Both the position numbers and the translations under genes were made by a program. This document shows positions 57,929-64,000 of a stretch of 64,000 nt of DNA, in pieces. The notes under the pieces are model-generated. The model saw only the letters and a list, made by a program, of their open reading frames with translations, was not told the DNA's origin and ran no database searches. Numbering within the stretch: the first letter of the stretch is position 1; each line of letters starts with the position of its first letter. This DNA is from Deltaproteobacteria bacterium (GTDB taxonomy: Bacteria; Myxococcota; Kuafuiibacteriia; Kuafuiibacteriales; Kuafuiibacteriaceae). The stretch is from the NCBI GenBank assembly GCA_040218735.1, contig JAVJQW010000070.1:192001-256000 (forward strand), written 5' to 3'.

Positions 57929-60421
57929 ATGGATCCGCGAACCGAAGTCACCGAGCCCGAGATCGAGGTCGTCGCCAAGTCGGGCCGCCTCGCGCGCTTC
58001 GTCCGACGTGCCGCGCTGACGTTCGTCGCGCTATCGCTGGTCGGCGGGATCGCCTCCGTCATCACGATCGTCGCGCTCGCGCGTGACCTCCCCGACATCA
58101 AGACCCTCGCCGACTACCGGCCCCACCAGGCCACGCGCGTCTACGGCAAGGACGGCCGCGTCACGGCGCGCTTCGCGCTCGAGCGCCGCACCGTGGTGCC
58201 CTTCGATCGCATCCCCAAGGTCATGGTCGACGCTGTCCTCGCCGCCGAGGACGATCAGTTCTTCGAGCACGAGGGCCTCGACTACGTCGGCGTCGCGCGC
58301 TGCGCGGTGAAGAACCTGCTGTCCGGTCGCAAGAAGTGCGGCGGCTCCACGATCACGCAGCAGACCGTGAAGACGTTCCTGCTCGACTCGCGCAAGACGT
58401 ACACCCGCAAGCTCCGCGAGATGATCCTGGCGAAGCGCATCGAAGAGGCGCTCACCAAGCAGGACATCCTCTTCCTCTACCTGAATCAGATCTACTTCGG
58501 GCACGGCGCCTACGGCGTGCTCGAAGCGTCGAAGACCTACTTCGACAAGGACGTCGCCGAGCTGACCGTCGAAGAGGCCGCCCTCCTCGCCGGCCTCCCG
58601 CAGTCGCCGTCGCGGCTCGATCCGTTCCGGCACCCCGAGCGCGCGCTGGAGCGTCGGGCGTACGTGCTGCGTCGGATGAAGGAGCTCGACAAACTCGACG
58701 CGCCCACCTACGAGCGCGCGGCGAAGTCGAAGCTCACGCTCGTGGAGTCCAAGGACGACGCGCTCGACAGCAACACCTACTACGCCGCGCACGTGCGGCA
58801 GATCCTCGAAGCGCGCGTCGGCGAGAAGCGCACGATGAGCGGCGGGCTCGAGGTGCACGCGGGGATCGATCCGGACCTGCAGGCGACCGCCGAAGCGGCG
58901 CTCGACGAAGGCCTCCGCGAGCTCGACAAACGCCAGGGCTGGCGCGGGCCGATCGCTCACCTCGAGCGCAACGAGGTGCGCGAGCTGGAGCGCCTCCTCG
59001 GCGAGCGCCACGCGCAGCGGGCGAAGGAGGGGTCGACGACCGTCTGGGATCTCTCCCGCATCGAGGGTGAAGCGAAGCCCGTCGCCGTCACGCGCATCGC
59101 GGAGCGCGCGCGCTTCGTTCCGCTGAAGGTCGGCGGGACGTACGGCGGCATCGTCGTCGAGGTCGACGACCCGGGCCGCGTCGCGAAGGTCCGCGTCGCG
59201 CCGAAGCTCGTCGTCGAGCTCCCGCTGCGCACCGGCCTCTCGTGGGCGCGCAAGTTCGACATCCACCGCTACACGCGACGCCCGACGGTCCCGAGCGACG
59301 TGCTGTCGGTCGGCGACATCGTCTTCGCGCGCGTCACGTCGCACGTAGAAAAGGACGACCGCCACCTCGGCATCCTCGAGCAGACGCCCAAGGTGCAGGG
59401 CGCGATCGTCAGTATCGACCCGGCGACGCGCGAGGTCCGCGCGATGGTCGGCGGCCTCGGCGTCGGCGCGGGGACGTTCAACCGCGCCACGCAGGCGCGC
59501 CGCCAGGCCGGTTCGACGTTCAAGCCGTTCGTCTACGCGTCCGCGTTCGAGACCGAGCGCTACACTACGGTGTCCGTCTGCCAGGACGAGCCGCGGGTGT
59601 ACCGCGACCCGTGGACCGGCCGCTCGTGGAAGCCGCAGAACTACGGCAAGAAGTTCGACGGCGACATCACGCTGCGCACCGCGCTGACGAAGTCGAAGAA
59701 CCTCTGCTCGGTCGAGCTCATCGACAAACTCGGCGTGGAGCCCGTGCTCGACATGGCGCGCCGCGCCGGAATCCAGAGCCCCCTCCCGAAGAACCTCACG
59801 CTGGCGCTCGGCTCCGGCGACGTCACGCCGCTGGAGGTCGCCAACGCGTACGCGACGCTCGCGACCGGCGGCAAGTACGCCGAGCCGGTGTTCGTCCGGC
59901 GCATCAAGACGCCGGAGGACGAATCGCTGCCGATCGAGCACGCCGAACCCAAGCAGACGATCCGCCCGGAGATCGCGTATCTGATCACGAGCCTCATGCA
60001 GTCGGTCGTCGAGGACGGCACCGCGCGTCGGGTGAAGGCGCTCGAGCGCCCCGTCGCCGGCAAGACCGGCACGACCAACGAGTCGCGCAACGCGTGGTTC
60101 GCGGGCTTCACGCCCGACCTCGTGACCGTGGTGTGGGTCGGCTTCGACGACAACGAGCCGCTCGGCCCCGCAGAGACCGGCGGGCGCGCGGCGATCCCGA
60201 TCTGGCTGAAGGTCATGGAGAAGGCGATCGAGAGCACCGAGCCGCGCGACTTCGCGGCGCCGCCCGGGGTCGTCTTTGCGGTCGTCGACCCGGCGACGCA
60301 GAAGCTCGTCGCCCCCGACGACGACAAGGGCCAGATCGAGCCGTTCCTCCAGGGCACCGAGCCGAAGGAGTTCGCCGAGGACGGCGCCCCGCCGGACCGG
60401 ATGCTCTGGGAGGACTACTAA
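57929..60421 (+). CDS. mrcA: Penicillin-binding protein 1A (transglycosylase/transpeptidase)
   Basis: TM; AEDDQFFEH, GGSTITQQ, RKLRE, YLNQIYFG; GSTFKP (SxxK), SKN, GKTGTT. The N-terminal extension in the ORF track is a shadow frame. Confidence 0.93.
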   Translation: MDPRTEVTEPEIEVVAKSGRLARFVRRAALTFVALSLVGGIASVITIVALARDLPDIKTLADYRPHQATRVYGKDGRVTARFALERRTVVPFDRIPKVMVDAVLAAEDDQFFEHEGLDYVGVARCAVKNLLSGRKKCGGSTITQQTVKTFLLDSRKTYTRKLREMILAKRIEEALTKQDILFLYLNQIYFGHGAYGVLEASKTYFDKDVAELTVEEAALLAGLPQSPSRLDPFRHPERALERRAYVLRRMKELDKLDAPTYERAAKSKLTLVESKDDALDSNTYYAAHVRQILEARVGEKRTMSGGLEVHAGIDPDLQATAEAALDEGLRELDKRQGWRGPIAHLERNEVRELERLLGERHAQRAKEGSTTVWDLSRIEGEAKPVAVTRIAERARFVPLKVGGTYGGIVVEVDDPGRVAKVRVAPKLVVELPLRTGLSWARKFDIHRYTRRPTVPSDVLSVGDIVFARVTSHVEKDDRHLGILEQTPKVQGAIVSIDPATREVRAMVGGLGVGAGTFNRATQARRQAGSTFKPFVYASAFETERYTTVSVCQDEPRVYRDPWTGRSWKPQNYGKKFDGDITLRTALTKSKNLCSVELIDKLGVEPVLDMARRAGIQSPLPKNLTLALGSGDVTPLEVANAYATLATGGKYAEPVFVRRIKTPEDESLPIEHAEPKQTIRPEIAYLITSLMQSVVEDGTARRVKALERPVAGKTGTTNESRNAWFAGFTPDLVTVVWVGFDDNEPLGPAETGGRAAIPIWLKVMEKAIESTEPRDFAAPPGVVFAVVDPATQKLVAPDDDKGQIEPFLQGTEPKEFAEDGAPPDRMLWEDY

Positions 60422-60442
60422 GGCCTTGGCGACGAGGCCCCG

Positions 60443-61720
60443 GTGCTGACGCTCGCGTTCGCCCTGCTCGCGGCGACCCCGTCGGCGGATCTCGACGGCG
60501 CGGTGACCCGCGTCGTGTCGGATCTGCGGCTCGCGGACGTCAGCGGCTTTTCGCTCGACGAAGATCTCGCGGTGGTCGTCTCGGGTGACTCCGCCTGGAC
60601 GACGACCGTCGCGGGGCTCATCCGCGGCCGACTCCTCCAGCTCGGCGTCGAGCACACCCTCCCCCTCCCGCCCGGCTCGACGGAGGCCGCGGCGCGCCAG
60701 GCGGGGGCCGAGTGGCTCCTGCGGGTGCAGGTCGAGGTGGTCGACGAGCTCGAGATGGTCTCGGCGCAGCTGGTCCGGATCGATCGTGGGTTGTGGGCGG
60801 CCGACCCGCACAGCCCCGGCCCCATCCTCGCGATCGCGGACCGGACGTTCTCACGGCGCACCACGGCGCCGCCGCCCCCTCCGCCTCCGCCCACCGGTAC
60901 GCCGTCGCTGGCGGGCCCGGCGGTGGTGCTCAGCGCGGTGCCGGGCCGCGTGCTGGCGATGGGCGCGTGCGCGCCGAAGGCCGGCGAGCCCGATGAGCTC
61001 GTCGTCGTGACGCAGTCCTTCGTGCGGACCTACCGGTTCGACAAACGTGGCCTCGACGTCGTCGCGGAGCTCGACCTGTCGAAGCTCCCGCGCGCGCCCG
61101 CGCCCGCACGTGAACCGTTCGGCGCCGTGGTGTGCGACGGCGACGCGATCGGGTTCGGCACCACCGACCTGGACCGCGGCTACCGCGTCGTTCGAAAGGG
61201 CGCACGACTAGAGATCGACGCGGACCTCACCGGCATGCCCGTCGGCCGCAACGCCGACGGGTGGGTGCTCGCGCAGGCGATCGCCGGGCGCAACCTCTTC
61301 GCGTCGACGCTCACACTCCCCCGCGGGCGCGGCGTCGAGATCACGCCGAGCTACGCGATGCTCGCCACCGCCGACCGCGCGTTCGTCGTCACGACCGCCT
61401 ACACGCTGGTGTCGAGCACGGGGAAGTTCGACGATCCCCAGCGCGTCGGCCGCGCGGGGAGCGCGCTCGCGCACCTCGTGGGCAGCCCCATCTTCCTGCA
61501 CACCGCCCCCGAGCTCACCGACGGGGGCGACGTCGTTTCGATGTATTCCACTGAGTATCCGGCGTCGAGCGTCCGAATCCCGAGCGCGGTGCAGGCCCTG
61601 ACGATCGGCCGCTTCCGCGAAGGCCGCGTGGACGTCCTCACCGCGTCCTGGCGCGGTCGTCGGGACACGGAGATCCGCACGTTCTCCGTGGCGGACCCGC
61701 CGGAGGGGAACGCGCGATGA
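60443..61720 (+). CDS. Secreted hypothetical protein (poly-Pro linker, beta-rich C-terminus)
   Basis: Signal peptide MLTLAFALLAA; PPPPPPPP linker; ATGA overlap with the next gene. Confidence 0.65.
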   Translation: MLTLAFALLAATPSADLDGAVTRVVSDLRLADVSGFSLDEDLAVVVSGDSAWTTTVAGLIRGRLLQLGVEHTLPLPPGSTEAAARQAGAEWLLRVQVEVVDELEMVSAQLVRIDRGLWAADPHSPGPILAIADRTFSRRTTAPPPPPPPPTGTPSLAGPAVVLSAVPGRVLAMGACAPKAGEPDELVVVTQSFVRTYRFDKRGLDVVAELDLSKLPRAPAPAREPFGAVVCDGDAIGFGTTDLDRGYRVVRKGARLEIDADLTGMPVGRNADGWVLAQAIAGRNLFASTLTLPRGRGVEITPSYAMLATADRAFVVTTAYTLVSSTGKFDDPQRVGRAGSALAHLVGSPIFLHTAPELTDGGDVVSMYSTEYPASSVRIPSAVQALTIGRFREGRVDVLTASWRGRRDTEIRTFSVADPPEGNAR

Positions 61721-63135
61721 AGCGGCTCCTCGTGTCCCTGTCGCTCTGCGTCGCGTCCGTCGCGACCGCGGCGCCGCGCACGCCCTACGGAGGCGACGCG
61801 CGGGTCTACGTGTTCGGGCGCCCGATCGAAGTGCTCCCCGAGAACGCCGCGGGCTTCGCCGACGCCACCGTGCAGGGGCTGGTCTACGAACGCCTCTACG
61901 GGCTCGACGGCAGCGGCGACCTGGTCCCGATCCTCGCCGCCGGGCCCCCGGAGATCGCGGGCCTCGTCGTGAGCGTCCCGCTACGACCGCGGGTTCAGCT
62001 GCACGACGGGCGGGTCCTCACCGCGGCGATGGTCGCTGAGGCGTTTGTGCGCCACGCGACGACCGACGCACGGGCCTCCTACGTCACGGCGCTCACCCTG
62101 GACGGTGCTGGGCGCCCCCGCGTTCGGAGCGAGGCCGGCCAGGTCCGCTTCCAGCTCACCACCCCGCACGCCGACTTCGCGCGGCTCCTCGCGTCGCCGC
62201 ACGCCGCGGTGGACGTGCCGGCGGTCGGGCGCGCGCAGACGATCGGCACCGGCCCGTACCGGTTCCACTCCCGCGACGCGCGCGGGGTGTACCTCTTCGC
62301 GCCGTTCGACGCGTACCGCGGCGGGCGCCCGTTCCTCGACGGTGTCGAGGTCCGGCCGTACGCCTCGCGCTTCGGGGCCGCGGCGTTGACCAAGAACGCG
62401 GCGACGACGTTGGTCTTCGGGATCCCGGACGGCTCGGACCGCGCTTCGCCTCGAATCGAAGTCGCCGGTTCGGTCCGGCCCCGCGCGGAGACGCTGGTGT
62501 TGGCGATCGGCCCGTCGGTCGCGGACCGCGACGCGCTCGCGCAGGTTATCGACGGCGCGCTGAACCGTCAGCGCCTCGTGCGCCGCTTCCTCGGCGACGA
62601 CGCCCAGGCGACGCAGGCGCTCCTCGACGGCGTGAAGGTGGAGGCGACCGAGCCCAAGGCCCCCACGGCGAGCCGCTCGCTGGCCCTGTTGGTGTCGCGG
62701 GACGGGCGCGCCGGACATCGCTTCGCGGAGCGGGTGCAGCTCGATCTGCTCCGCGCGGGCATCACCGTTCGGATCGAACGTGTGAGCCCCGAGCGCCTGG
62801 AGGCGCGCCGTCGCGGGCAGGACTTCGAGCTACTGATCGACACCCTGGCCCCCGTCGTCCCGGCGTCGCCCCGCCCCGTCGACGACCTCCACGCGCTGTG
62901 GTCGATCGCCTCAATGTTCGCGCAGCCGCAGCTCGTCCGCGCGGCCGACGTGGAGCGGTTCGAGCGCTCCGGACGCCCGGCCGAGGTCGTCGCCGCGCTC
63001 GAAGCGAGCTTCAGGCGCTCGCTCGGTTTGGTCCCGATCGCCCGCCGGGCACCGTCAGTCGCCAGCACGGATACGCTTCATGGCGTGACCTCGCGCCCGT
63101 CGGGTGCGATGGATCTCTCCGACGCGCACCGATGA
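61717..63135 (+). CDS. ABC-type family-5 substrate-binding-like protein
   Basis: Signal peptide; PYGG, VYERLY, LRPRVQLHDGRVLTA..V, IGTGPY, GGRPFLDGV. Confidence 0.8.
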   Translation: MKRLLVSLSLCVASVATAAPRTPYGGDARVYVFGRPIEVLPENAAGFADATVQGLVYERLYGLDGSGDLVPILAAGPPEIAGLVVSVPLRPRVQLHDGRVLTAAMVAEAFVRHATTDARASYVTALTLDGAGRPRVRSEAGQVRFQLTTPHADFARLLASPHAAVDVPAVGRAQTIGTGPYRFHSRDARGVYLFAPFDAYRGGRPFLDGVEVRPYASRFGAAALTKNAATTLVFGIPDGSDRASPRIEVAGSVRPRAETLVLAIGPSVADRDALAQVIDGALNRQRLVRRFLGDDAQATQALLDGVKVEATEPKAPTASRSLALLVSRDGRAGHRFAERVQLDLLRAGITVRIERVSPERLEARRRGQDFELLIDTLAPVVPASPRPVDDLHALWSIASMFAQPQLVRAADVERFERSGRPAEVVAALEASFRRSLGLVPIARRAPSVASTDTLHGVTSRPSGAMDLSDAHR

Positions 63136-64000
63136 AGAGCATCGAGGCCAGCTTCGAACCCAAGGCGCGCCTGAGAACGCGCGTGACGCTGTTCTTCATC
63201 CTCGCCGCCACGCCCGCCGCGCTCACGAGCGTCGGTGCCGTGGTCGTCCTCGACCAGCTCATCCAGGAGGAGATCAAACGTCGGAGTGAGAGCGGTCTCG
63301 AAGCGGTCGAGGCGCTCCTCGCGGCGACGTCGAAGCGCGCGCAGAAGGAGGTCGCGGACGTCGTCGAGTCACCGGCCGTGCTCGAGCTCGTCGGTGCGAT
63401 CGACGGCGACGTCCTACGCTTCGAGGGCCTCGCCGCGAACCGCGCCGCCACGAGCGGGCTCGACGTCCTCGCATTCGTCGCGGCGCGCGGCCCCTCGGAG
63501 GGGACGGTCGTGTCGAGCGCGCACCTGTCGAGCCTCGTGGGGGACGACGCCGACGCGTTCGTCGCGGCGACCAACGAAGGGCGCACGGGGCTCGTGCACG
63601 TCTACGTGGAAGGCAACCCGCCGAGCGTGGTCCCGGCGATCGTGACGCTGCGGCTCGTTCGGAGCGTCGACGGCGATCCGGCGCTGTGGGTCTACGGTGG
63701 GCTCCGCCTGGACGGCCGACGGGTCGAAGACCTCGCCGAACACCTCGACGCCACCTTGGTGCTGAGCTCACCCGGTCTCGCGGACCTCGCGTTCGGCGCG
63801 GAGGGCACCATGAGCGGCGGCGACGCCGTCGAGCTCGCGCTGCTCGACGGAGGCCGCAAGCTCGGGCAGCCGGGGGCGTCGCCCGACCCTTCGCGGCCTT
63901 CGCGTCTGGAGGTCCGGGTGCACACTTCGCGGCTCACCTCCGCGCGCTCGTTGTTCCTGGGGCTGTCGGTCGCGTTGGTCGCCGCGTCGCTGTTCGTCGC
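63132..64000 (+). CDS. Membrane sensor protein, probably a histidine kinase; 3' truncated by the window
   Basis: ATGA overlap; MKSIEAS...RLRTRVTLFFILAATP (TM1), periplasmic domain, second TM beginning at the window end; frame stays open. Confidence 0.6.
   Translation, partial: MKSIEASFEPKARLRTRVTLFFILAATPAALTSVGAVVVLDQLIQEEIKRRSESGLEAVEALLAATSKRAQKEVADVVESPAVLELVGAIDGDVLRFEGLAANRAATSGLDVLAFVAARGPSEGTVVSSAHLSSLVGDDADAFVAATNEGRTGLVHVYVEGNPPSVVPAIVTLRLVRSVDGDPALWVYGGLRLDGRRVEDLAEHLDATLVLSSPGLADLAFGAEGTMSGGDAVELALLDGGRKLGQPGASPDPSRPSRLEVRVHTSRLTSARSLFLGLSVALVAASLFV

Overview
High-GC (~70%) bacterial chromosomal segment, most likely Myxococcota (MYXO-CTERM sorting tail, several Ser/Thr kinases, ECF sigma factors, PEGA/Kelch/Ig lipoproteins). 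About 45 CDSs; no tRNA, rRNA, CRISPR array or transposase was seen. Housekeeping genes: mitochondrial-type aconitase, RecD2, dtd, AceE-like pyruvate dehydrogenase E1, MltF-like transglycosylase, PBP1A. Most notable observations: (1) a translationally coupled pair of SpeD/AdoMetDC paralogs with complementary loss of active-site residues, suggesting an obligate heterodimer; (2) an SLC12/CCC-type transporter fused to a P-loop ATPase and coupled to an MscS gene; (3) an ECF sigma / anti-sigma / secreted caspase-barrel cassette bracketed by two paralogous lipoproteins; (4) a FecR-like gene with an apparent internal RBS, ATG and signal peptide; (5) an intergenic region with two Fur-like boxes around a structured RNA candidate, upstream of an FMN-binding/membrane gene pair; (6) a lower-GC signalling island at ~49.2-54.5 kb. 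All calls rest on motif recognition by eye, without database searches. Start codons were re-chosen from RBS and overlap patterns and are uncertain where noted.
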